From Lama glama (taxonomy: Eukaryota): a stretch of 64,000 nucleotides of DNA. Position 1 is the first letter of the stretch; every line of letters begins with the position of its first letter. Both the position numbers and the translations under genes were made by a program. The notes below the pieces were generated by a model. The model saw nothing but the letters and a program-made list of their open reading frames with translations. It did not search any database and was not told the origin of the DNA. The DNA lies in the NCBI GenBank assembly GCA_028534125.1, contig CM052817.1, positions 41,294,001-41,358,000 of the forward strand, given 5' to 3'. Below, in pieces: positions 1 through 11,720 of the stretch.

Positions 1-554
1 TCTTGAACAGAATGGGACCGGGGACTATGGATAAAGGCATAGACGGCTGAACTCTGGAACAGAATGACCAGCTTTCAAAAAAAAACCAAAACAACAACAA
101 CAACAACAAAAAAAAAACCCGGGTATTGGATGTTGAAGGGGTCTTTACTGCCCTCAAGTGGTGGGACACGGTAGCTCTAAAATAATCGGACAAGATTTAC
201 TTTTTCTAAACCATAGAAAGGCTGGATGATACTACGTTTGAGAGAGAGGTTTGAATGCATTTCATTAGAGCACCATCCCAGTTTTGGAGCTTGTCCTCTC
301 TTTATATGTTCTACAGTAGTTGTCACCTGATTTCTACTTCTAAGCTAGATTGTCCCGTTCCTCCAGCTTTAGTTGCCGAAGATTGAATCATTGGAGAAAT
401 GCTGCCACCTTGTGGGCGATGTGAAAAGAAGCACCGAGGGCGAGCAAGGAACGCTGTAACGTGGTGAGGAGGAAAATTGCGAAGCCGGCAGAAGGAATCT
501 GACATTTCTGTCCTCCTCTTTGTAAGGAGAGGACGTACAGTGTTTGTGAATTGT

Positions 555-635
555 AGTTTGGTCACTTCCGTGTGACTCTAGGTACATTAACTTGTTAGCC
601 TCGGTTTTTTTATCTGTACAATAGACATCATAACA
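555..635 (+). mobile_element. MIR SINE fragment
   Basis: gtgtgactctaggtacattaacttgttagcctcggtttttttatctgtacaat resembles the MIR core (tgtgaccttgggcaagttacttaacctctctgtgcctcagtttcctcatctgtaaaat). Confidence 0.6.
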
Positions 636-1498
636 CATGAAGAACACAATACATCTTCATAATTTGCCTCATTATTTGCCTCCTTTCTTGCAAGAGCTTC
701 TTGCCTTTTTCTATCCCCTAAATAGGAAGAAAGTTCCCTGTTTACACGAATTTGCCCTAAAGCATATGTCACTGCCGTGCTATGTTATAGTTATAGGCAG
801 CAGTCCATAAAATGCAGGGGGCAAAAATAAGCCTGCATTCGTTTAACTGAACATAATTTTCCAGATCTTGTATCTTCCCTATCCTTTTCTTTGTCCATTT
901 CTAGCCTTTTGAGTTTGACCCGGTCAAACTGCAGATTCATTTCACCCAGTTCCTGTTTAAAGCCTCCATTGCCACTTCCTCCTCAGGTCACCTTGTGCTG
1001 GTCGTCACTTACTCTCGTCCCCGCCCCCACCGCCGCCCCCCTGCAAAGCAAATCCTGAGCACAGGGGAGCCCCCAGGACCCAAAAGTCACAGGTTTCCTA
1101 GAAAAAAGAGCAAGGACATTGTCTCAATCCTATTTACTTAAGGACATGGAACCCCTGCTTATCTACGCTTCTTCCTGTTTTTCACGGTGGTGCAGGGAGA
1201 AACAGATAATAAAACTGGAAAAATAATTTTTAGGAAATCATATTTTAGACCATGAAATGGGGCCATTGATTTCTATTTTCCAAATAAACACTTCGAAAGA
1301 TGGGAACCAATGAAGTGGAAACCTAAGAAGTTCCTATATGACTTTATTTCCCAAAAGATTTTACTTACTTCCTGCAGGTCCCAAGTGCCTCCTGCCTTCT
1401 TTAATAGTATGGTAGTTTAGCATAACACGGATTCCCAAACCCTATCTGGCAGATCTTGGGGGCTCCGGATTTTCTGGGGAGACGCTCCCCTCTTCCAG

Positions 1499-1517
1499 TG
1501 GCCAGCAGAGGGAGGCC
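1499..1517 (+). promoter_or_regulatory. Candidate CTCF binding motif
   Basis: TGGCCAGCAGAGGGAGGCC versus core consensus CCASYAGRKGGCRS, one mismatch at the C of GGC. Confidence 0.45.
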
Positions 1518-2879
1518 CGCAGCTTTCTTGTGAGAGGAGGCCTTGGCCTCAGCCCGGGATCTCCTTGGCCTCAGCTTCTTCCATTTCCACAGACCCTTCT
1601 CCCTGTAAGACTCTTAGCTGTGCTCATCTTCAGTTTTCAACAGAAGAAGAAGAGAATCACAGATGCTTCAGCCTAAGAGGGACCAGCCCTATTTGCAAAT
1701 ATATTTCTTGGGAAACACTTGGCCTCAGCGTTGAGTTTTAGGTAAATGCAGAATTAAGAGCAATTACATAATCAAGCCATTTCTGTGTCAAGTGTAGGAA
1801 TCACTGAGAGGTGAAGATTGTGTCTAAGTGGGATTTCTAAGAGGTCTTTGAAAATTACCTTGCAAAGTTTACACTTTGCATAGGTAAGGCAGGTGAACGG
1901 TCTGGCCGCATAGTATTTGTTACCTCTCAGTGTTTTGTTACGACACGTTACCTTTAGGGAGAGGGGACCTGGTCTCCATTACTGCCTTGAGGTTCCCATT
2001 TTGCCTCCGAAAGATGTCCCCAAATGTCTGGACGTGCCCACACAGCGCACCGCCAACCTGTCACTCATGAGTCCCGCAGGGTACATTCCTGAGGGCATCT
2101 CCTTCCCATCAGCGATAAATGGGATTTGCCTCATACTCAGTTCCATCCCTCTGCAGCCCAAGAGACTTCTGGTTCCTTGGAGACATTTCCATCAGAGTCA
2201 GGTCGTCAGACAGGCAGTTCAGACAATGGACAGTGAACAATCCCTTTTCCAAGATGAGGGCAGAGGGCGAGACTCAGCTGATAGGAGTGAAGCACGTGAC
2301 ACACGTGTGCAAGGGCTCACCCACATCCCAGCTCTTCTCCCACTGTGTCCGGACCTGACTGTCCTCGCCGACAGGAGGGCCAATTGTCGTGGCACTCACT
2401 CTCTCTGATGCTTTAGATAGAATTATTATAAGCAAGTGGTCCTGACCTGGAGTTCGTGGATGGGTTTCAGAGGACCTGTGATCTCCTGAAATGGAATGTA
2501 AACTGTATGTGATGTGTGTTTGTATGTGTTTTGCTGTGTGTTTTTTTTTTCCTGAGGAAAAAGTCCATGTATTCCCTAGAGTTTGCAAAAGGATTTTTAA
2601 TTCCTCAATGGTCAGCTAACTAGCTTCCCAAAGTATCAGAATGTGGTCCTTCAGACCACTGAGTTATCTTCTTGGGCCCCAACTATTCCTTCTGCTGAAA
2701 GAAAAAGAAGAAAATTAACCAGTATCTATGGAGCATCGTCTATATGCCAGGCACGTCTGCATAGAGTAGCTCCTATAATTATCTCGACAACCATGCAAGG
2801 TCAGAGCCATTCCCCTGGTCACAGGAGGCCCACAGAGGTCAAGAAACTTGCCCAGCAAAACCTGACATTCAAATAAGCC

Positions 2880-3380
2880 CAGACACACCTCGGAGATAGT
2901 GTGGGGTTGGGTCCAGACTACCACAATAAAGCGAATGTGGCAATAAAGCGAGTCACCTAAATATTCTGGTTTCCCAGAGCGTATAAAAGTTACGTTACAC
3001 TATACTGCTAGCTAGTAAGTGTGCAATGGCATTATGCCTAAAAGAACCCATGTATTAAGAACACCTTAATTAAAAAATACTTTATTGCTAAAAAAATGGT
3101 AACTATCATCTGAGCCTTTCAGCAAGTTGTAATCTTCTTGTGATAGCACCCTTAAAGATCACTGACTACTATCACTATAAAAATATAATAATAATGAAAA
3201 AGTTTGAGATATTGCAAGAATTAGCAAAATGTGAGAGAGAGACATGAAGTGAGCAAATGCTGTTGGAAAGATGGTGCCCATAGACTTGCTCCACGCCGGG
3301 TTGCACAAGCCTTCGATTTGTAAGAGATGCAACTTCTCCGAAGCGCAAACAGCCAGTCACTATAAAACGAGCCGCACCTG
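2880..3380 (-). mobile_element. Internally deleted Tigger1-type DNA transposon (TcMar-Tigger, ~500 bp, non-autonomous)
   Basis: Left end cagacacacctcggagatagtgtggggttgggtccagactaccacaataaagcg and right end gaagcgcaaac...tataaaacgagccgcacctg match the two Tigger1 termini (TIR CAGGCATACCTCG); transposase region absent. Confidence 0.85.
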
Positions 3381-3960
3381 CACTCCAGACTCCAGGGCGC
3401 GCACCGCAGACCCCGCCGCCCGGCGCCAATCATCGGCGTCCTGCTTGGCTTCTTTGCCAGTTCTCTCTCCTGACTCTCGTTCTTCAGCCACTCTCCGTTT
3501 TGTGAAAATCAACCATTCCTGTCTGGCGGTGTCTGGCCCTTTCCTCACCTGTTCTGTGCTTACACCCCTGCCACACAGCGGTGGCCCTTGGGTCCAATCT
3601 GCTCTTGCAGATATTTTTATGATGAGCAGGGTTTTGCCAATATTTCAGAACTGGAATAATTCACATGAGAGTATGGATTCTGGACTGCTTGGGAAAACAT
3701 CAGGAGATGCGGCAACACCAAGCCACGTGCTGTCTTGATCAGGGGAGGATGGAGCTGAGCAGACGGGCGGCGGCGTACTCAGGTTCACCGGGTGCCCTCC
3801 ACAGCCCCTGCCCCTCGCCGTCCTCACTCCCCCGTCGTCTGCTGCGGCCTCTAGCGTCTGAGTATTCAACTCCTGGCCTCTCCCTCCTCTTCTTCCCCGC
3901 TTCCCTCCCTCTGCCTTCCGTATTCACCCCGCTATGGGCCCGCCCTCGCTATAATAAATA
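3380..3960. promoter_or_regulatory. CpG/GC-rich patch with GC box and CCAAT (weak CpG-island-like element)
   Basis: gggcgcgcaccgcagaccccgccgcccggcgccaatcatcggcg at ~3395-3440, plus further CpG clusters at 3760-3860 and 3925-3950. Confidence 0.4.
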
Positions 3961-6014
3961 CCTTTGACTTCTCCTGGGTTTCTTGTGATCTCTCTCTTGA
4001 CCTTTCTCTCTCCTGTCATCTCTGCTCTGTTTCCCCCTCCACCCTCATAAAGAGCTACAGACAAAGAGAGTCTCGAGGAGACGAAGCTGTCCCCCTGCCA
4101 GCTTGTCTGAGCCCCACGGAGCAAAGGCACTAAGTCGGGCAGATGGCCCAGGGCTTCCCCTGGTCCACTAGCATCTCCTTTCTTGTGTTTCCTTAACAGG
4201 AAAAGGAACAACCTGCCACATATAAGTGTTCTAGAGGCCAGTTTTATCCCAATTGTCTTGCCTCTTAAAACAAGCAACAAGAGTGAAATGGTCAAACTGG
4301 AGGTAGCGAGAAAACAGGGGCAGATGCATCGACTCCGTCGGTGCCTCCCCACCTTCCGGACGCTCTCAGACACCCAGACCTGGGGGTACACAAGCGGCAG
4401 CAGGCTTCTTTAGGAACACGGCATGTGATTCTTTAATGTTCAACATCCCACTCTCTGAGTTAAGCTTTTCAAGGCTCACATGATTGGATGTTCCGCTGTA
4501 TGGACTCATTTTATGGATATTTAATTTTGTAGTAAGTTATGCTAATGTTCCTACATGTCACCCTTTCTCTCTTGCAAGTCTGGGAGGGAAGCAGGAGATG
4601 AGGGGGAAAGACGCCCGGGAGAGGTGGAAAGGTACTGAGGATCCCCCTCCTAACGGCACAAGTGTGTTTGTCAAGTTCTGCAGGATCAGCGTTCCCACTC
4701 AGCTCTGCGATGTGAAGCGGGGAGGTCGGTCTCACAGTGGCGAGGGGGCACCTGTTGTTTGTGAAGAAACCCGCAAGGTCCTGCAGATGCCAACTGTGCC
4801 CACAGTGTGGTCTTCGGTGGCCCATGCTTTGTTCAATGGACTTGTCCTAAGTGGTGTGTAATCCTGCAGGGTGTGGTGAACGGAAATGTATTTCCCCGCT
4901 GCACATGAGCACCCCACTTCAGAGATGTTTAATCAGAATATCCAGCTGATCCTTAGCAGATAGTGGCTCTTACCTCTAAGCTTACATATTCATACCCATT
5001 TCTTCATTTCATATTCCACCCTGGTGACACCTCACACATTGACAGAAATCAGTTAGCCCAGTGGATTTACACCTGAAGACTGGAGACGGCTGAGGACACC
5101 CAAGTCAATGCGTGAGGCCGGAACACTAGCCCTGCCTGCGCTAGCTAGTCTGTACTGACTGCTTCAAGGGTAACAAAGGACGGGCTAATCTTGTGTGAGG
5201 TCACAACGAGGCAGCAGTGGGGGCATCACCCCCAGGCTGGAGTCTCCCTGCCTCCTCGGCCGCCTGAACCGGGAGGGGAGCCCGCGGGGGAATCCTTTGG
5301 CAGTGGTCCCTGTAATATGCCTGCAGAAATACCGTTTGTGTAGTTAGTCTGGAGCACGTCTTGTTTCCCTCTCTCTGTTTTCCAGTGTGGTATGAACATG
5401 GAAGGCCAATGTACGGAGGAGTCAGGGGGATGGAGAATTGCCTGGACTGTGGTTGCTTCTTATCTGACTGAGCTCCCTTCCCTTTGCATGTAGATCATGG
5501 TGGATGGCATCCTTCTAGGGAATAAAGTGTACCTTCCAGGCACCATATGGAGCCTGTCTCTGTTCTGGTACCTTTGACTGAGGCCCCGAGGCTGGTGTGT
5601 GGTGTGTCCAGGAATTGCAGGAGCTCCGAGAGGATTTGCAGAAGCCCTGCATCTGTCTCCCCTGTTCTGTTTCCCGATGGACTGTTGCTCCCTGTGAAAT
5701 CGTACATCTAGGGAAGGCTTCAGATGAACTTGAAGAGCCTATCTGAGATTCAGGAGTCGATTTTACCCTGGGACCTGCCACCAGCATGTTTTCTGGCCTT
5801 GGATGGTTCACTGGGTTTCTCAAGTCCTCTCTTTCATGCCCTCATATGGAGAATTGTCAAATAAAGCATTTCTCCCTTTTTGGAAAATACTTGCTGCTTA
5901 TTTTAAGAAATGCAGTTCAAACGTTTCAAATATCTATGCCAGGCATGTAAAACACTGCAGTAGACACTGGGGTGGGGGAGGAGATGCAAAGGGAAGAAAA
6001 GAACCAAGAGCTTT

Positions 6015-6155
6015 ATTATGAGGACGTTATTCCCACTTTACACATAAGTAAACTGAGGTATGGAGAAGCTAATTAAATCGTACAAGGCCACCAACCTCAA
6101 AAGCTCCGGCATTCAAACACAAGTTGATTTGATACCAAAGGCTGTGATCTTCTTA
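6015..6155 (-). mobile_element. MIR SINE fragment
   Basis: attcccactttacacataagtaaactgaggtatggagaagctaattaaatc...ggcattcaaacacaag resembles the reverse MIR core. Confidence 0.6.
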
Positions 6156-7139
6156 TGGTTCCATGTTTGCTACAAAAATGATGGGAATATGGCTTCTGTC
6201 CCCAAAGGGCTTGTGGTGTAGACCTGATACAGTAACTACGGCTCAAGGACTAAGTCTTATATTCTGCATAATAGAGAAAGAACAGAGCTATGGGAGAAGA
6301 GCAAATGCAAAAATTACTTAGGGTTGTGTTTGAATCTTTGTTATTGGCAGTGTTGTTACCATAGCTACAGCTGGAACCTCTCATAATTCTGAATTAAAAG
6401 CCACACAGATGTCTATGAAGAGACTCCAACATTAACGGGTAAGTCTGTGCCACAGATGGACAGCAAACGCTGGTGTCAGAGACAGTCAGGGAGCTGTAGG
6501 CCTTCCACCAGCGGTGAGGACCCGGCACTGGTGCAATGTCCTGACTTCACCTGCCCACATCTGCCCACCGTTCACAATTCAGCCTCCCCGGGACTCAGTG
6601 ATGTGGCCAGCTCCGCTGGGAACCAGTGCTGATCTGAGCCGGTCCTGCCAATGCTACCCAGGGTTAAGTGAACACCGTCCCCCAGACGTGGGAAGGAAGC
6701 ATTTCAGAGGTCCCACTGCGCATTCTGCGCGCAACCAAACACTCATGCTCAGTAAAGGTTAAACCCCAAGCCAGATTCCAGATTCTTATCCACTGAAGCT
6801 CTGTGAGAGAGTTATTACTGTGTTCAGAGAATAAGGATCTGGTCCAATAAAAACAAACCGAATTACAACTGTGTTACAGACACAGGCAGCTTGTAACTCA
6901 GCGGAGAGGCTTACGAGCCAGATGCGCAGCCAGTGACCACTGTCACCGCCAGACCCAAGGCGGATTCGTTTGATTTTTAGACACTGGTTCCTGGGATCAG
7001 ACACGCCGAGTTCTGGAGCCCCAGAAGGCAGCTGGGCTTGGAACACCTGCAGCCAGCACACGGGGATTAAGAAGCACTTGTCCCAGCTGTAAGCCTTGCC
7101 AAGGGTCCCCACACCGCAGGAATGGAATCTGGGCCGTGT

Positions 7140-7163
7140 GGGTGTGGGGTGTGGGGTGGGGGG
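7140..7163 (+). repeat. G-rich tract with G-quadruplex potential
   Basis: GGG-tgt-GGGG-tgt-GGGG-t-GGGGGG: four G runs with loops of 1-3 nt. Confidence 0.6.
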
Positions 7164-8784
7164 CGCAGTAGGGGCCCCAGCCTGCACCACATTCTTCCAG
7201 GCTGAGTCCACTCAGCAGCCAAAGTGGAAACAGCTTTCCCCTACTTCTGGCCAACCGAGTGTACAGTAGAGTCGCCTGTCGCCAGAGCAGGCTTAATGGG
7301 GGCTGACTCTGCCCCATGTCCCCTAGAGAGCAAGCCAGGACTTCCCTGAGGGTGTGATGTTGGGGACAGCAATTCTTTAACATGAAGGAGAATAACCTAA
7401 AGTGCACGGGAGGAAAGGTGCAGCCTGGAATGGCAATGACAGTTTAGTTAATGTTTGGCTTTAAATTGCTTTCTTTATTCAGCAGAACAGGTAAAAAGTT
7501 ATGGTTGGGGCATAATAGTACAGAACAAGAGATTCTGGAATTTCAGTTAAAACTGTGATCTGGCCCCTTCCAGTGGGGCCCAGCTGGCCGGGCAGAGGCG
7601 TCGTCCTGTGTTCAGTGCATCTCTCTGTGACTTTCTTCCTGGGAGCAGGACCTGGGGGAGGCAGCTTGGAGCTGGCTTCACAAAGCCTGGCCGGGTGAGC
7701 GCCTTGACCTGGTTCCAGGACAGGCGAGCCCTGGTGGTGATTCGTGCCTTCTTGACTCTCCCAGCCAGGCCCCTGGAGGGGGACTTTTCAAAGATGAGTG
7801 GCCAGTGTCCTCTAGTGTTTGTTTAGTAGTTTTTCCATACTAAATTCAAAATTTCAAAAATTATTTCTAACAAGGGCCCTTTGCCACCTAATTTGTCTCA
7901 TTTCAATTTCCCTTATGCTGTCTCTCTGGAGGTATGATGACAGGAGAGCCTGTAAGAGACTTGAACCTGACCCTGTTCCTCCCCTAAAACTCTAATTGAG
8001 GAGAAACCAAGAAAAAAGTCATTTAAAATTATTTAAAGTATTTTCTGCCTTATTAGAAATGGTGGGTTTAATTTACCTTGGGGGCAAACTATTGTTTTGT
8101 TCTGGGCAAAACTAAAACAAAACAGAAATACTTTATTGGCAGACTGGTTTAGTTTTGAAAAGTATACATCACCATTCTTGGAAGAAAGACTAAATGTGGT
8201 GAAGCAACCCAAAACTGAGAAGTTAAATGTTCTGTTGGTAATGTAATCCGTGAAACTTAGTAACACTGCCTCTCAGCCTTCTTGCTGTACCCGGAACACT
8301 GAGGAGGGGTGGTGTCTGGTGAGCAGGCACTCAGCGTATCCCTGTGCACTGGTGGTCTGACTTGTTGTTATGACTTCAGAAGTTGTAGGGGTTCCTTGGT
8401 TCCCGAATGAGTGGGTCCCTCCTCTTAGACTGCTAGAGGGTAGGTTTTTAAGAAAATGGTGTGTGTTTCTCAAGATAATTCTTACAAAATAATAATTTAA
8501 AATGCACCAGGGAAAATGCACCATTTAGAGGATCCCACTGTGAAACTTTTGTGGTGATTATCTGAGAAAGATGAAGGTGGCATATATCTGATTTGTTAGC
8601 TTTTGTTTTGTAAAACAGACCACTTTTACAATTAGTAAGGAGTTGAGAGAATTAATAGAGTCTCTTTCTCCCAAGAAGGTCTGTGTTGGTTTTTTTTCTT
8701 ACATATGTATTGTTGGAAATTTATTGTATTTTACTATATTAATTTCCCTAAATATTCCTGCTGAGGTCTTAAAATCTGTGCTGG

Positions 8785-11720
8785 TTTTTTTGTTTGTTTG
8801 TTTGTTTGTTTTTGTTTTTTGCTATACAGAAGAAGCTTTTTAAAAAATCTATTTTTATATATAGTGGCTAACATTTGCAAATCTCAAACACTTTAAATTT
8901 ATCCCTTCCCACCCCCTTTCCCCAGTAACCATAAAATTGTTCACTATGTCTCCAAATCTGTTTCTGTTTTGTAGATGAGTTCATTAGTGTCCTTTCTTTT
9001 CTTTTCTTTTTTTGTAGATTCCACACATGAGTGATATCATATGGTATTTTTCTTTCTGGCTTACTTCATTTAGAAGGATGATCTCTAGATCCATCCATGT
9101 TGCTGCAAATGGCATTATTTTATTCTTTCTTATGACTGAGTAGTATTCCGTTGTATAAGTACACCACAGCTTCTTTATCCAGTCATCTGTTGATGGACAT
9201 TTAGATTGTTTCCATGTCTTGGCTATTGTAAATAGTGCTGCTATGAACATTGGGGTGAATGTATCTTTTCGAATTAGTGTTTGCTCTGGATATATACTCA
9301 GAAGTGGGATTACTGGATCATATGGTAAGTTTATTTTTAGCTTTTTGAGGAATCTCCATACTGTTTTCTGTAACAGCTGTACCAAACTACATTCCCATCA
9401 GCAGTGTAGGAGGGTTCCCTTTTCTCCACACCCTCTCCATCATTTATCGTTCATGGACTTTGGAAGGATGGCCATTCTGACTGGTATGAGGTGATACCTC
9501 ATTGTAGTTTTTATTTGCATTTCTCTGATAATTAGTGATATTGAACATCTTTTCATATGCCTATTGGCCATTTGTATGTCTTCTTTGGAGAAATGTCTAT
9601 TTAGGTCTTCTGCCCATTTTTGGATTGGATTGTTTGTTTTTTTGATACTGAACTGTATGAGCTATTTGTGTGTTTTGGAAATTAATCCCTGTCAGTAGCA
9701 TTGTTTGCCATTATTTTCTCCCATTAGGTTGTCTTCTTGTTTTGTTTATGGTTTCCTTTGCCGTGCAAAAGCTTTTAAATTTACTTAAGTCTCATTTGTT
9801 TATTTTTGCTTTTCTTTTCATTACTATAGGAGATGGATCCAAAAAAATATTGAGTTTGCTTTTGTATATGGTGTTAGAAAATGTACTAACTTCATTCTTT
9901 GACATGCAGATATCCAGTTTTCCCAGCACCACTTATTGAAGAGACTGTCTTTTCTCCATTGTATATTTTTTGCCTCTTTTGTCTTAGATTAATTGACCAT
10001 AAGTGTGTGGGTTTTTTGGCAACAAGAATGTGTTCATATACTAGTTTCCCAATTTAAAAATAAAAAACTTTAAAGATATATCTTCCTGGTAAAATAAAAA
10101 AAAAAGTGTGTGGGTTTACTTTTGGACTTTCTTTCTTGTTCCATTGATCCGTGTGTCTCTTTTTGTGCCAGTACCATACTGTTTTGATTACTGTAGCTTT
10201 GTAGTATAGTCTGAAGCCAGGGAGCCTGATTCCTCTAGCTCTGTTCTTCTTTCTCAAGATTGTTTTGGTTATTTGGGGTCTTTGGTGTTTCTGTAAAATT
10301 TTAATTTTTTTTTTGTTCAGTTCTGTGAAAAATGTCATTGACAATTTGATAGGGAATCTGTACACTGCCTTGTGTAGTATGGTCATTTTAACAATATTGA
10401 GTCTTCCAATCCAAGAACATGGTATATCTTTCCATCTGTTTGTGTTGTCTTCAGTTTCTTATATCAGTGTCTTATAGCTTTTGGTCTATAGGTCTTTTGC
10501 CTTCTTAGGTAGGTTTATTCTTAGGCATTTTATTCTTTTTAATACAAAAATAAATGGGATTTTTTCCTAAATTTCTCTTTCTGATATTTTTTTGTTACTG
10601 TACAGAAATGCCACAGACTTCTATATATTAATTTTGTATCCAGCAACTTCACCAAATTCATCGATCAGCCCTATTAGTTTTCTGGTGGCATCTTTAGGAT
10701 TTTCTATGTATAGTATCATGTCATCTGCAAACAGTGACAGTTTTACTTCTTCTTTTCCAATTTGGAGTCCTTTTATTTCCTTTTCTTCTCTGATTGCCAT
10801 GGCTAGAACTTCAAAAATTATGTTGAATAAAAGTGGTGAGAGTAGGCATCCTTGTCTTGTTCCTGATCATAGAGGAAACACTTTCAGCTTTTCACCATTA
10901 AGTATGATGTTAGCTATGGGTTTGTCATATACAGCCTTTTTATTATGTTGAGGTGTGTTCTATGCCCACTCTCTGAAGAGTTTTTATCCTAAAAGGATGT
11001 TGAATTTTATCAAAAGTTTTTCTGCATCTATTGGGATTATCACATGGTTTTTGTTCTTCAGTTTGTTTTTGTGGTATATCACATTGATTGACTTATGGAT
11101 ATTGAAAAATTCTTGCGTCCCTGGGATAAATCCCACTTGATCATGGGGTATGACCCTTTAATGTATTGTTGGAGTCAGTTTGCCAGTATTTTGTTGAGAG
11201 TTTTTGCACCTATATTCATCAGTGATATTGGCCTGTAATTTGCTTTTTGTGTGTGTGTGATATATTTATCTGGTTTTGGTATCAGGGTGATGATGGCCTT
11301 GCAGAACGACTTTCGATGTCCTCCTTCCTCTGCAATTTCTGGAATAATTTCAGAAGGATAGGTGTTAACTCTCCTCTAAATGTTTGGTAGAATTCACCTG
11401 TGATGCCATCTGGTCCTGGACTTTTGTATGCTGGGAGTTTTTAAATTACTGATTTAATTTCAGTGATGGTAGTTGGTCTGTTCCTATTTTCTATTTCCTC
11501 CTTGTTCAGTCTTGAGGGATTGTACCTTTCTAAGAATTTGCCCATTTCTTCCAGGTTGTTCATTTTATTGGTGAATAGTTGCTTATAGTAGTCTCTTATT
11601 TTTGTGGTATTGGTTGTAACTTCTCTTTTTTCATTTTTGATTTTATTGATTTAGGCCCTCTCCCTTTTTCTCTTGATGAGTTTGGCTAAAGGTTTATCAA
11701 TTTTGTTAATTGATTTTGTT
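8785..11720 (-). mobile_element. 5'-truncated L1 (LINE-1), degenerate ORF2 (RT and C-terminal domain) plus partial 3' UTR
   Basis: Minus-strand ORFs 8984-9385 ([26 protein letters not shown]...FAATWMDLEIILLNEVSQ) and 10054-10386 ([24 protein letters not shown]) are L1 ORF2; frameshifts and stops present; A/C-rich tail seen as (TTTG)n at ~8785-8820. Confidence 0.95.
10015..10103 (+). pseudogene. 89-bp polyadenylated retroposed fragment (non-L1 sequence) inserted into the L1
   Basis: Flanked by a perfect 14-bp TSD AAGTGTGTGGGTTT (10001-10014 and 10104-10117); AATAAA at 10059-10064; A-tail from 10091; opposite orientation to the host L1. Confidence 0.8.

Noticed and set aside
587..717. Minus-strand terminal-exon-like ORF (GDRKRQEALARKEANNEANYEDV...) after an acceptor-like tttcttcctatttag
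   Set aside because: The C-terminal part lies in a MIR fragment, EANN/EANY is a short tandem duplication, and no partner exons or homology were recognised.
1917..4391. Several 150-160 aa ORFs (1917-2408, 3271-3738, 3924-4391)
   Set aside because: No recognisable domains, mostly non-ATG starts, overlapping on both strands; expected by chance in GC-rich DNA, and one begins inside the Tigger1.
6360..6445. Isolated strong splice donors (6439, ~15238, ~34406 and ~47461 on +; ~31912 on -)
   Set aside because: No coherent open exon chain links them, and their frequency is compatible with chance.
8984..11140. ORFs as host genes
   Set aside because: They are sense or antisense frames of a degenerate L1 ORF2.
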